Translations under genes and position numbers: made by a program
In this document: in pieces, positions 9,440 through 18,599 of the stretch
How the letters are laid out: each line of letters opens with the position of its first letter
Position numbering within the stretch: position 1 is the first letter of the stretch
Source of the DNA: an uncultured Verrucomicrobiae bacterium
GTDB taxonomy: Bacteria; Verrucomicrobiota; Verrucomicrobiia; Chthoniobacterales; UBA10450
Direction of reading: 5' to 3'
Length of the DNA stretch: 64,000 nucleotides
Assembly: GCA_963756875.1 (NCBI GenBank)
Contig: CAVWPA010000002.1
Location: 96,001 to 160,000, forward strand
The notes under the pieces: generated by a model
Databases searched by the model: none
The model's input: only the letters and a program-made list of their open reading frames with translations
What the model was told of the DNA's origin: nothing

Positions 9440-9518
9440 CTATCGATCGCACGCCTGCGAGCTGTGTCGGCCACTCCTGGTTGTGCGAGCAAGTGAAAAT
9501 TCGACGTCGGACGAATCA

Positions 9519-9576
9519 TGCGACGGTCATCCGCCTTCGCGTGGCTCCGGCGCGACAAGTAGACCCCCCGCTACAG
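9519..9576. repeat. GTAG-type REP with nested 30-bp module (reverse orientation)
   Basis: Reverse complement closely matches 421-478. Confidence 0.8.
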
Positions 9577-9606
9577 GAAAGAAGGATTCCACTCGACAGG
9601 CACGCA

Positions 9607-9620
9607 TGTTCATATGAACT
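9607..9620. promoter_or_regulatory. Putative LexA box (Verrucomicrobia type)
   Basis: TGTTC-ATAT-GAACT, 9/10 match to TGTTC-N4-GAACA, 7 bp upstream of an SPL-like repair gene. Confidence 0.75.
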
Positions 9621-9627
9621 TATTTGC

Positions 9628-10773
9628 ATGGTGAAGCGGAAATTCGTGCCGATTGTTGAGGAAACGCCCCCGCCATCACCGGCGGTTCGCGGTCGAGGAG
9701 CGTCGTGGAGCCCAGCGAACCGATTTGAAAAACTTCATGTCGATCTTGGCGATGTTGATGTCGTCCAGATCGATGGGGAGGACCCGTCTTCGCGCGGCTA
9801 CGGCGTGTCAGGCGAACGGCCGGCTCGCCAAACACAATATTTTCGTGATGGCACGAAAACGATCATTACCCGCAACAACAGCCCGGACGTCGGATTCGAG
9901 ACCAGCCTGAATCCATACCGGGGTTGCGAACACGGCTGCATTTATTGTTACGCGCGGCCGACGCACGAGTATCTCGGCTTATCCGCCGGACTCGATTTCG
10001 AGAGCAAGATCATGGTGAAAACGAATGCTCCGGAACTGCTAAAGGCGGAACTGGAGTCGCCGCAGTGGCAGCCGCAAACGCTCGTGATGAGCGGCGTGAC
10101 AGATCCCTATCAGCCGGTTGAAAGAAAATTGCGGATCACGCGGGGTTGCCTCGAAGTGTTGGCAAAATTTCGTAACCCGGTCGCGATCATCACCAAAAAT
10201 CGCCTCGTAACGCGCGATATCGATCTCCTGCGCGAGCTCGTAGATCATCATGCCACAGCGGTAAACATTTCGGTCACGTCGCTTGATCCGAAATTGCAGC
10301 GCGTCCTTGAACCGCGCACCTCTTCTCCCGATGCGCGACTGGATGCGATCAAGCAACTCCGGGACGCGCGCATTCCGGTCGGTGTCATGGTTGCGCCGAT
10401 TATTCCCGGCCTGACTGATCACGAAGTTCCGAAAATTCTTGATGCCTGCGCGAAAGCGGGCGCGCAGTTCGCCGGATACACGATTGTGCGTTTGCCCTGG
10501 GCCGTGGCGCCGCTGTTCGAGCATTGGCTCGAAGAACATTTCCCTGATCGCAAAGAAAAGGTGCTCGGACGCATTCGGCACCTCCGCGGAAACGGCCGGC
10601 TCAACAATTCGAAATGGCACGCGCGCATGAAAGGCGAGGGGATCTTTGCGGAGCAAATCCGGTCTTTGTTCGAAGTCAGTTGCCATCGTTCCAGCATTGG
10701 TGCCCGGCCGACACTTTCGAACGCATCATTTCGCCGGACGAGAACACAGCTCGATCTCTTTGCAGGTGGTTAA
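9628..10773 (+). CDS. PA0069/Rv2578c-family radical SAM protein (spore photoproduct lyase-like)
   Basis: SLNPYRGCEHGCIYCYARPTHEY (CxxxCxxC), TDPYQPVE, and a C-terminal QLDLF clamp-binding-like motif; start set at ATG 9628 because the longer ORF overlaps the tRNA. Confidence 0.92.
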   Translation: MVKRKFVPIVEETPPPSPAVRGRGASWSPANRFEKLHVDLGDVDVVQIDGEDPSSRGYGVSGERPARQTQYFRDGTKTIITRNNSPDVGFETSLNPYRGCEHGCIYCYARPTHEYLGLSAGLDFESKIMVKTNAPELLKAELESPQWQPQTLVMSGVTDPYQPVERKLRITRGCLEVLAKFRNPVAIITKNRLVTRDIDLLRELVDHHATAVNISVTSLDPKLQRVLEPRTSSPDARLDAIKQLRDARIPVGVMVAPIIPGLTDHEVPKILDACAKAGAQFAGYTIVRLPWAVAPLFEHWLEEHFPDRKEKVLGRIRHLRGNGRLNNSKWHARMKGEGIFAEQIRSLFEVSCHRSSIGARPTLSNASFRRTRTQLDLFAGG

Positions 10774-10790
10774 TCTGCTATGCGGAAAAT

Positions 10791-10846
10791 TGCAGGGCGT
10801 TTCTGTGAACCCCGAAAGCCTTCGGGGCTGACACAGACGCCCTACA
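10791..10846. repeat. REP doublet with CCCCGAAAGC-TTCGGGG core
   Basis: Reverse complement nearly identical to 22143-22197. Confidence 0.8.
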
Positions 10847-10859
10847 AAAGGCGATGATG

Positions 10860-12194
10860 CTACACCTCGCCTGGGTGTGGCTGCTTCGTTAGGCTGACCC
10901 GGCCAAAAATCGTCAGCATCAGCACTCCACCAATCAGACCGAATGGCGCCATGAAATAAAAATAATTGTTCCAGCTGCGGTCGAGAAGGGCGCCGAGGGC
11001 GATTCCCGCGAGGCTTCCGCCAAAGTATTGGAACGAATCGATTACGCCGGAAGCGAAGCCGGCCATTTTTGCGCCTCCAATGTCCATCGCTGCGGCTGTG
11101 CCCAGGATTGAGTGTGTGGAGTTGGCAGTCAGTGAAATCAGAACGAGAAACAAGACCGCGGCGTTGGCGCTGTGAAATTGCGCCGCACAAAGAATGATAA
11201 TCGTTTCGAGAAAGTAAAGACCGGCGGCAACCGGCGCGCGCCGGCCTCTAAATATGGTATCCGAAATGTAACCAGACAGAAGCGAGCCGACTGACGCGAC
11301 GAATGGAATCAAAAAGCCGAGGAATTGAAATTGTGCCGACTGAAAATCGACGTGATGCACTTCCTGCATGAATCGCGGAAACCATTGATCGATTCCCTGG
11401 CGTACTGCGCCGGTGCAGGCATATGCGCAGGCAATGATCCAGATGACTGGATTGCTGACGATGATTTTAAAAACGTCGGACACTTTGGACCGGACCTGTC
11501 CGCGTGTTTCTTCGTGCGGATTTACCGGCGGGAAATTCAGTTCCTCGGGCGTGTCCTTCACGATGAGCGCCATGCAGGTCCCAACGACCACGGCGATTCC
11601 TGCGGGGATCCAGAACAGCCAGCGCCAGTGAAGGGGCGGGATTCGAATGAGGCCAAGAAAAGTAAATCCGGCGAGCAATGCCGGACCGAGTTTAAAAATC
11701 CCGAAACGGCCGAGATTGATCATGAAGCCAAAGATTCCTGCGAAACGCCCGCGTTCCGTATGACGAAACCAGGCGGCATTGATCTTGACCATGCCGGGCG
11801 CGCCAAAGGATTGCATGTAACCGTCGATTCCGCGGATAACGACAAAGAGCCACAGCAAACCCCAAAAGGACGCGGCGCCGAAAAGAATGTTCATGACGAC
11901 GGTCCCGACCGTGCCGATGAGCATTGCGCGCTTTCCGCCAAGCCGGTCCGTGAGCAATCCGTTAACGATTTGACCGCAGGCGTACGCAAACAGCGCGGTG
12001 GTGATGATCGCGCCCATCTGCTCTTTACTGAAACCGAACTGATTGCTGATGTTCTTGTTCGCCAGCGACAGGTTATACCGGCACATGTAGAACGACGTGT
12101 ACAGCAGACCCACAAACGCCCAGTTCAATCCGCGGCGTGGCCGAAAGCCGGGCGGATGTGGAATGGAAACAGAAGCGCGCGTCGATTCGGGCAT
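10860..12194 (-). CDS. MFS transporter, OPA/GlpT-like
   Basis: YxxFYMCRYNLS, WFRHTERGR, GYISD..FRGRRAP and ASGVIDSFQYFG. Confidence 0.88.
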   Translation of the reverse strand: MPESTRASVSIPHPPGFRPRRGLNWAFVGLLYTSFYMCRYNLSLANKNISNQFGFSKEQMGAIITTALFAYACGQIVNGLLTDRLGGKRAMLIGTVGTVVMNILFGAASFWGLLWLFVVIRGIDGYMQSFGAPGMVKINAAWFRHTERGRFAGIFGFMINLGRFGIFKLGPALLAGFTFLGLIRIPPLHWRWLFWIPAGIAVVVGTCMALIVKDTPEELNFPPVNPHEETRGQVRSKVSDVFKIIVSNPVIWIIACAYACTGAVRQGIDQWFPRFMQEVHHVDFQSAQFQFLGFLIPFVASVGSLLSGYISDTIFRGRRAPVAAGLYFLETIIILCAAQFHSANAAVLFLVLISLTANSTHSILGTAAAMDIGGAKMAGFASGVIDSFQYFGGSLAGIALGALLDRSWNNYFYFMAPFGLIGGVLMLTIFGRVSLTKQPHPGEV

Positions 12195-12336
12195 GGTTGA
12201 AGAGGATGCGTTAAAACCGCGAGTCGGCGCAATGGGAAATCAAAAGCGGCGGATTTCCAGAATGCTACCGCCGCTACAAAAGAGCTGTATGAACGCCATG
12301 CTCGTGTTCATTCGTGGTCGGCGATCGCCAAATGTC

Positions 12337-13701
12337 TCACCCGATGCAGATCGTCTTTGCGTTTACGAACTCGCGGATGCCATGGCCGCCGAGTTCTCTT
12401 CCAAAACCGGAGCGTTTGACTCCTCCAAACGGCAGTCTCGGATCGGACGCGACCATCGCATTGATGAAAACCATTCCGGTTTCAAGCTCAGACTCGAATA
12501 ATTCTCGTTCGGCCGGGTCGTTTGTCCATGCGCTTGCTCCCAGACCAAAGCTGCTGTCGTTTGCTGCGGCCACCGCTTCGGCAGCGTTGCTCACGCGGAA
12601 AATAGATGCAACCGGGCCAAAAACCTCTTCCCGCCAGGCAGGCGCCGTTTTCGGAACGTCGACGAGCACGGTCGGTTCATAAAAAAATCCCGGGCCGTGA
12701 ATCCGGTTTCCACCGGTCAGCAACTTCGCGCCGGCGGCAATCGATTTTTGAACCTGTTCGTTCAAACCGTTCAGGATCTGTTCCGTGGCAAGCGGCCCAA
12801 TATCGGTCGCTTCGTCGAGCGGGTCGCCGACTTTCAGCCAGCGCATGCGCTCGACAAATTCGCGAACGAATCGGTCGTAAAGTTTGTCGGCGACAAGAAA
12901 TCGCTTTGCAGCAATGCACGACTGACCGGTGTTGAGAGTGCGGGCCTTCACGGCGGTGGAGATGGCGTTCTCGAAATCCGCGCTCGGCATCACGATAAAT
13001 GCGTCGCTGCCACCCAGTTCGAGAACAGCTTTCTTTATTTCGCGTCCAGCCACGCTGGCCACCGCGCTTCCTGCACGCTCGCTGCCGGTAAGGGTGACGG
13101 CTTTGATTCGTGGATCGACGAGTACCCCTTCCACTTGCTCCGCTTCGATCAACAAGGTTTGAAAAACGCCTTCCTCGAAACCGGCACGGCAAAAGATCTG
13201 TTCAATATCGAGCGCACACTGCGGAACATTCGCCGCATGTTTGAGCAATCCGACGTTTCCCGCCATCAAGGCAGGCACGGCGAACCGGAACACCTGCCAG
13301 AACGGAAAATTCCATGGCATGATTGCGAGGACCGGCCCGAGCGGCTCGTAGTGCACATAACTGCGGGCGGCGTCGGTTTGCACCGCTTCGTCCTCCAGAA
13401 ATCGATCTGCGTTCTCCGCATAATAACGGCAGGCACGCGCGCATTTTTCTACTTCTTCGACCGCTGCCCGAAGAAGTTTGCCCATTTCGAGCGTCATCGT
13501 GCGCGCAAACTTTTCCTTTTCCTGGTGCAACAATGCAGCTGTCGCCGTCATCAATTCCGCGCGCTCGGCGAACGGCTTTTTTCGATAGCGCGCAAATGCC
13601 TGCTCGGCACAATCGAGACGCTTGCCGATCTCCTTATCGTCGAAGGTCGGAAATTTCTTCAGCGTTTTGCCGGTAGCTGGATTAATCGAAGCGATGGCCA
13701 T
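12337..13701 (-). CDS. NAD(P)-dependent succinate-semialdehyde dehydrogenase family
   Basis: IMPWNFPFWQ, LELGGSD, GQSCIAAKR, EEVFGP and PFGGVKRSGFGRE. Confidence 0.92.
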   Translation of the reverse strand: MAIASINPATGKTLKKFPTFDDKEIGKRLDCAEQAFARYRKKPFAERAELMTATAALLHQEKEKFARTMTLEMGKLLRAAVEEVEKCARACRYYAENADRFLEDEAVQTDAARSYVHYEPLGPVLAIMPWNFPFWQVFRFAVPALMAGNVGLLKHAANVPQCALDIEQIFCRAGFEEGVFQTLLIEAEQVEGVLVDPRIKAVTLTGSERAGSAVASVAGREIKKAVLELGGSDAFIVMPSADFENAISTAVKARTLNTGQSCIAAKRFLVADKLYDRFVREFVERMRWLKVGDPLDEATDIGPLATEQILNGLNEQVQKSIAAGAKLLTGGNRIHGPGFFYEPTVLVDVPKTAPAWREEVFGPVASIFRVSNAAEAVAAANDSSFGLGASAWTNDPAERELFESELETGMVFINAMVASDPRLPFGGVKRSGFGRELGGHGIREFVNAKTICIG

Positions 13702-13707
13702 TTCTTA

Positions 13708-13769
13708 CTGTAGCGGCGCTCTATGACCGTCGCATTTATTAGTCCGACGCTCATAGAGCGCCGCTACAG
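13708..13769. repeat. GTAG-type REP doublet (empty form, no nested module)
   Basis: Perfect 19-bp IR CTGTAGCGGCGCTCTATGA/TCATAGAGCGCCGCTACAG. Confidence 0.88.
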
Positions 13770-15410
13770 CCGAAGTCCTTTTGGAATCAAAACGCGGTCG
13801 AGAAGATCGAAAAGCCACTGAACCAGCAACGCCAGAAGCGCCGCTGGAATCGCGCCTTCCAGAATAGTGACGTGATCGTTCAGGTTCAGTCCGCTCAAGA
13901 TCGGTTCGCCCAACCCGCCGGCGCCGATCAAGGCGGCGAGAGTGGCCGTGCCGATGCTGATTACCGCGCTGGTTTTGATTCCTGCCAGAATGGATCGCGA
14001 AGCGAGTGGCAAATAAATCTTTCGTAGACGCGCTCCCGGTCCCAGGCCAAGCGCGATCGCCGAGTCGCGAACCGGTTGAGCGATGTCCTGCAAGCCGCTG
14101 GCCGTGTTGCGCACGATCGGCAGAAGCCCGTAAAGAAAAAGCGCGACGATAGCAGTCCGCGTGCTGATTCCAAAAAACGGCAGCGGCACGAGCAACGCCA
14201 GCAACGCCAGCGCTGGAATCGTTTGCACCATCCCCGTAAAGCCGAGGATCACGTGGCCGACCGCGCCGCCGCGACTGGCGAAGATGCCGAGCGGAATTCC
14301 GATCAGCACCGACAGGAGGAGGGCGGCCCCGGCAAGTTCGAGGTGGCGCAAAGTCCAGCGCGCGAGTTTATGCCAAAATGTTTCGCCGAAAGCGGCTGTC
14401 TTTCCGGCAGCGGTTCCAAAATACAAGCTCGCCGCTCGCGAGTAATTTTTCGTTCGCTCGGCTTCCGCGTTCAATCGAATCATCCGTTGCTCATCGATTG
14501 TTCCCTCCAGTTTGTGCAGTACGTCGATCGCTGGCATTGGAAGCGCGAGGCGATATAGAAACACGGCATCGTAACGCGGAAAAAACTTCAGATTATCCTC
14601 GAGCGTGACCAGATCGTATTCGGCAAGTTTGGCATCGGTTGAGTAGGCGTCCTTTACATCAATAGAACCGCTCTTCAGCGCGGCATAACCAAGCGCGTGA
14701 TCGATCCCGATTACGGTCTGCGGATGCAATTGATAATCCTCCGCGAGCGGCCGCCAGCCGTCGTTTCGATCCAGAAATTCGTGCGTAAGCCCGAATCTGA
14801 GCTCGGGATGCGCCCGCAGGTCGCTGATGGTGTGAATGCCAAGTTGCTGCGCCTGATTTCGCCGCATGACCAGCGCGTAGGTGTTGTTGAAGCCAAGCGG
14901 CTTTGTCATGCCCACGCCAAATTTTTGAAGCGCGTCGCGAATTTCGCGGTTCGACAACCGGTTATTCGTTTTCAAGATCTCCTGTGTGATCGTTCCCGTG
15001 TATTCGGGATAGGTGTCGATCTGTGCGCCGCGCAACGCTTCCCAGAGAATGATCGTGCCGCCCATTCCTTGACGATGTTCCGCGGGAATACCGGCGTTGA
15101 TAAGTGCGTGTTTCGCTACTTCTCCAAGCACGTAAGACTCAGTGAATTTTTTTGAGCCAATTGTAATGGGCTTCGCATGCGCGCTATGCAAACCGATCAG
15201 AAGATTTGCAACGATTAGCACGTGGTAACGAACAGATCGACGGATGAGCGCGATTTCCGGGGAGCGCACGCTCCCTCGCGTGCGGCGCTTGGCGCCCTCG
15301 CCAGGCGCATACCCGGTGCGTGGCGTTACCGCGCACGAGGTTTTCGGCGGGGGCGCCGAAAACGGCACGCGAGGCGCGCGCGCTCCCCGGAGCTCTCGCG
15401 TCGCCGTCAT
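13764..15410 (-). CDS. Betaine/QAC-family ABC transporter, fused substrate-binding and permease domains
   Basis: IGSKKFTESYVLGE, YPEYTGT, GFNNTYAL, then a permease with QTIPALALL and GAGGLGE; N-terminus contains a REP-derived stretch. Confidence 0.9.
   Translation of the reverse strand: MTATRELRGARAPRVPFSAPPPKTSCAVTPRTGYAPGEGAKRRTRGSVRSPEIALIRRSVRYHVLIVANLLIGLHSAHAKPITIGSKKFTESYVLGEVAKHALINAGIPAEHRQGMGGTIILWEALRGAQIDTYPEYTGTITQEILKTNNRLSNREIRDALQKFGVGMTKPLGFNNTYALVMRRNQAQQLGIHTISDLRAHPELRFGLTHEFLDRNDGWRPLAEDYQLHPQTVIGIDHALGYAALKSGSIDVKDAYSTDAKLAEYDLVTLEDNLKFFPRYDAVFLYRLALPMPAIDVLHKLEGTIDEQRMIRLNAEAERTKNYSRAASLYFGTAAGKTAAFGETFWHKLARWTLRHLELAGAALLLSVLIGIPLGIFASRGGAVGHVILGFTGMVQTIPALALLALLVPLPFFGISTRTAIVALFLYGLLPIVRNTASGLQDIAQPVRDSAIALGLGPGARLRKIYLPLASRSILAGIKTSAVISIGTATLAALIGAGGLGEPILSGLNLNDHVTILEGAIPAALLALLVQWLFDLLDRVLIPKGLRL
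15256..15391. repeat. GGGGAGCGC-type palindromic doublet within the 5' end of the permease ORF
   Basis: TCCGGGGAGCGCACGC ... GCGCGCGCTCCCCGGA; related halves at 57467-57514 and 59161-59210. Confidence 0.8.
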
Positions 15411-16150
15411 ATGGTTACGATGCTGCGCTGCGCGTTGATGAATTCAGACACGAAAGCGTTCGCCGGCCTTTCGCGAAGGTCGGCAATCGAGCCTTGTTGC
15501 ACGATCCGGCCTTCGTTCATCAGCACGATTCCATCGCCGAGATAAACGGCCTCGGCGAGATCGTGTGTGACCAGCAACGCCGTTTGCTGCAAGCGCGCGA
15601 AGATTTCTTTCAGGTCCTGTTGCAATGATGCGCGCACAAGTGGATCGAGCGCGCCGAGAGGTTCGTCGAGCAGCAACAGTTCGGGCGAAAGCATGAGCGC
15701 GCGCATCAGACCGACGCGCTGGCGCTGGCCGCCGGAAAGTTCAACTGGATAACGCGCCAGCAAATTTTCGGAAAAGCGCGTTAATTCGCACAGTTCCGAT
15801 AGACGTGGCTTGGTTTCATTTTCGGATTTCCCGAGGTGCCGCGCCAAAAGCAATATGTTGGCGTGCGCGGTCAGATGTGGAAACAGACCGCCTTCCTGAA
15901 TGACGTATCCTATTCGGTGCCGCAACATTTCGACGTTTTCCTGTGTGATCTGAACGCCGTCGAAAGCGACAGTCCCGGTGTCGGGCGCGATTAATCGGAT
16001 GATCAGCCTGAGGAGCGTCGACTTTCCGCAGCCACTGGGGCCGATCAAGACGGTTGTCTTGCCACGCTCGACGGAAAGATTGGTCGGATGCAACGCAGGC
16101 TGATCCGCGTAGCGCTTCGAAACATCGGCAATTTCAACCAGGGGATTCAT
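15407..16150 (-). CDS. ABC transporter ATP-binding protein (OpuA/ProV-like)
   Basis: GPSGCGKST, IGYVIQEGGLFPH, LSGGQRQR and LLLDEP. Confidence 0.93.
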   Translation of the reverse strand: MNPLVEIADVSKRYADQPALHPTNLSVERGKTTVLIGPSGCGKSTLLRLIIRLIAPDTGTVAFDGVQITQENVEMLRHRIGYVIQEGGLFPHLTAHANILLLARHLGKSENETKPRLSELCELTRFSENLLARYPVELSGGQRQRVGLMRALMLSPELLLLDEPLGALDPLVRASLQQDLKEIFARLQQTALLVTHDLAEAVYLGDGIVLMNEGRIVQQGSIADLRERPANAFVSEFINAQRSIVTI

Positions 16151-16155
16151 GGCGT

Positions 16156-16237
16156 TGTAGACGCTTTCCTCCGGGAAGCGCGAAGCTGTAGTATCAAGGA
16201 CGCGCGGGTCGCGCCTCGCAGAGCGAAGCGGCTACAG
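16156..16237. repeat. GTAG-type REP doublet
   Basis: TGTAGACGCTTTCCTCCGGGAAGCG ... CGCCTCGCAGAGCGAAGCGGCTACAG. Confidence 0.75.
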
Positions 16238-17203
16238 GGTTGTAAAATAAAAGACGCCAAACAAGCGTGAATCGTCGGTCCACAGTTTTTGAAAGTCGAA
16301 TCCGGCACTGTGGGCAAGCGCCGCGAAGCTATCCGGCGTGTATTTGTAGGAATACTCGGTAAGAATTCTTTCGCCGGCTGCGAAATGAAATTTCCGGTCC
16401 TGGATATGGACCGCCTGGTCGTCGTTACTAACCAGATAAATCTCGATCCGGCCCTCGCTCGAATTGTAAACGGCCGAATGGTGCCAATGTTTTAAGTCGA
16501 AATCCGCATCGAGCTCGCGGTTTGCGCGAGCAAGCAGATTTAGATTGAACTGCGCCGTCACACCGGCGCTGTCGTTGTAAGCGCTTTCCAGAACGTGTCT
16601 CTCCTTTTGCAGATCGACACCAATCAAAAGCCCGCCGCCGTGCCCGCAATGCTGGGCGACGCGCTTTAAAAACGCCGCCGCGGCCCCGAGCTCAAAGTTG
16701 CCGACGGTAGACCCTGGAAAGTAAACAACTTTGCGCGCGGGTTTTCGTGTCGGGGAAGGCAAATCGAATGGTTCCAGGTAATCGGCGCAAACGGGCAGAA
16801 CTTCCAGGTCCGCAAACCTTTTCCGAAACCAGACGGTGGATTCTTCCAGTTGCTCCTTCGAAATATCCACCGGGATATAGGCGACCGGTTTCTCCAGCCC
16901 TTCAAGAAGCAGGCGGGTCTTTGTTCCTGCGCCAGTGCCGAGTCCGATTAGCTCCACGCCGCGGCCGAGCAGCGCTGAGATTTCATCAGAATAACGGTCG
17001 AGAATCTGCAACTCGGTCCGGGTTGGATAATATTCCGGCAGCTCGCAAATTTTTTGAAACAGGGCTGCGCCAGTGGCGTCGTAAAAATATTTGCACGGCA
17101 GGCTGCGGGGCCGGCTGAAAAGACCGTCAACGACTTCGGAAAGGAAATCCGATTTCGCCGGCTCGAGATCGAGAACAGCCGTTCGATTTAAGTTGCGGTT
17201 CAT
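16232..17203 (-). CDS. egtD: L-histidine N-alpha-methyltransferase
   Basis: LPCKYFYD, ICELPEYYPTRTE, FPGSTVGN, AYNDSAGVTAQFNLNLL and TEYSYKY. Confidence 0.93.
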   Translation of the reverse strand: MNRNLNRTAVLDLEPAKSDFLSEVVDGLFSRPRSLPCKYFYDATGAALFQKICELPEYYPTRTELQILDRYSDEISALLGRGVELIGLGTGAGTKTRLLLEGLEKPVAYIPVDISKEQLEESTVWFRKRFADLEVLPVCADYLEPFDLPSPTRKPARKVVYFPGSTVGNFELGAAAAFLKRVAQHCGHGGGLLIGVDLQKERHVLESAYNDSAGVTAQFNLNLLARANRELDADFDLKHWHHSAVYNSSEGRIEIYLVSNDDQAVHIQDRKFHFAAGERILTEYSYKYTPDSFAALAHSAGFDFQKLWTDDSRLFGVFYFTTL

Positions 17204-18579
17204 GCGACATCGTGTCCGAGCCGGATCCCGCTGAATTGCCAGCGCTTGTCCGGTTGGAAGAAATTGCGATAGGTTTTACGGATGTGCGTGCGCGATGTTG
17301 CGCAGGAACCGCCGCGCAACACGTACTGATTGCACATAAACTTTCCATTGTATTCACCGAGCGCCCCCGGCGCCGCGCGATAACCGGGATAGGGCGAATA
17401 GGCGCTGCGGGTCCATTCCCAAACATCCCCAAAGAGCTGGTGCAGCTTGTTAGAGCCGGTTCCATGCGTGTTGTTTCCCTCACCTGGCGCTTTGCGTCCT
17501 CCTCTCCCTGAGGGAGAGGATTGAGGTGAGGGCGTGCCGGAACTGGCGGCCGGGTGGAACCGCTCGGTCTCGACGAAATTTCCATCAAGCGGAACGTTTG
17601 CGGCCGCGCGCTCCCATTCGAACTCGGTGGGAAGCCGCGCTTTCGCCCAATTGGCGTAGGCATCGGCTTCGAAATAACTCACGTGGGTGACAGGCTCGTT
17701 TTCGTCGACAGGACGAAATCCGGAGAGCGTGAAGTTCCACCAGGCGTCGTCGCGTTTCGTCCAATAAAGTGGCGCCTGCCAGCGCTGTTCGTTCACTGTC
17801 GTCCAGCCTAACGAAAGCCAAAATTCGGAACGCGCGTAGCCGTTGTCCTCGATGAACCGAAGAAACTCTCCGTTGGTCACGAGTCGCGGAGCAAGCGAGA
17901 AAGCCGGCACCAGGGCGCGATGACGGGGACCTTCGTTATCATAGGAAAATCCACGGCCGTCGTGACCGATCTCAAGCGTCGCTTCGTCGAACTCGACAAA
18001 GCTTACTGGCGAAACGTTACCAGATTCCTTGTCGACATTGCGTTTGCGATAAACCGGATGAAGCGGGTTTTGCGCGAAGACATGCTTGATATCGGTGACC
18101 AGCAACTCCTGATGTTGCTGCTCATGATGGATGCCGAGAATGACAATCGGCTCGATTTCGCGGAACAGTTTTTCGTCTGCGCCGGAGAGAAGTTTATTAA
18201 TGGACGAATCGACCGACGAACGGTAGCGCCGCGTTTCGTCGACCGTAGGTCGCGAGATCAACCCGCGAAGGTCGCGCCGGTGCATGTCACCGGCCGCATT
18301 ATAATAGGAATTAAAAAGATAAGCGTACTCCGGAACCTCCGGCTTATAGCCGGGCAGCCATTTTTTTAAGAGGAACGTTTCAAAGAACCAGGTGGTATGC
18401 GCGAGATGCCACTTCGTGGGGCTGACTTCCGGCATCGATTGAACGACACAATCCTCCGGCGCCAGTCCCTGGCAGAGTTCTGTCGTAAGGTTTCGGACGT
18501 CATGAAATCGGTTGAGTAGAGACGGAAGGCGCGACGAGGCGGCCGGCGAGCGCGACGGCGCGGCCGTTGCCTTTTCCAT
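17200..18579 (-). CDS. egtB: Ergothioneine biosynthesis sulfoxide synthase
   Basis: QSMPEVSPTKWHLAHTTWFFETF, HEQQHQEL, FGE-sulfatase-like domain and GEYNGKFM; start ATG 18579. Confidence 0.93.
   Translation of the reverse strand: MEKATAAPSRSPAASSRLPSLLNRFHDVRNLTTELCQGLAPEDCVVQSMPEVSPTKWHLAHTTWFFETFLLKKWLPGYKPEVPEYAYLFNSYYNAAGDMHRRDLRGLISRPTVDETRRYRSSVDSSINKLLSGADEKLFREIEPIVILGIHHEQQHQELLVTDIKHVFAQNPLHPVYRKRNVDKESGNVSPVSFVEFDEATLEIGHDGRGFSYDNEGPRHRALVPAFSLAPRLVTNGEFLRFIEDNGYARSEFWLSLGWTTVNEQRWQAPLYWTKRDDAWWNFTLSGFRPVDENEPVTHVSYFEADAYANWAKARLPTEFEWERAAANVPLDGNFVETERFHPAASSGTPSPQSSPSGRGGRKAPGEGNNTHGTGSNKLHQLFGDVWEWTRSAYSPYPGYRAAPGALGEYNGKFMCNQYVLRGGSCATSRTHIRKTYRNFFQPDKRWQFSGIRLGHDVA
17477..17532. 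repeat. CCCTCACC-type palindromic element inside egtB
   Basis: CCCTCACCT...TCCTCTCCCTGAGGGAGAGGA...AGGTGAGGG; relative at 30974-31036. Confidence 0.85.
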
Positions 18580-18599
18580 TGTTGCAGCTCCCGTCGAAC

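Noticed and set aside
9307..9627. N-terminal extension of the radical SAM ORF
   Set aside because: Runs through a REP, the tRNA and the LexA-like box; ATG 9628 is the plausible start
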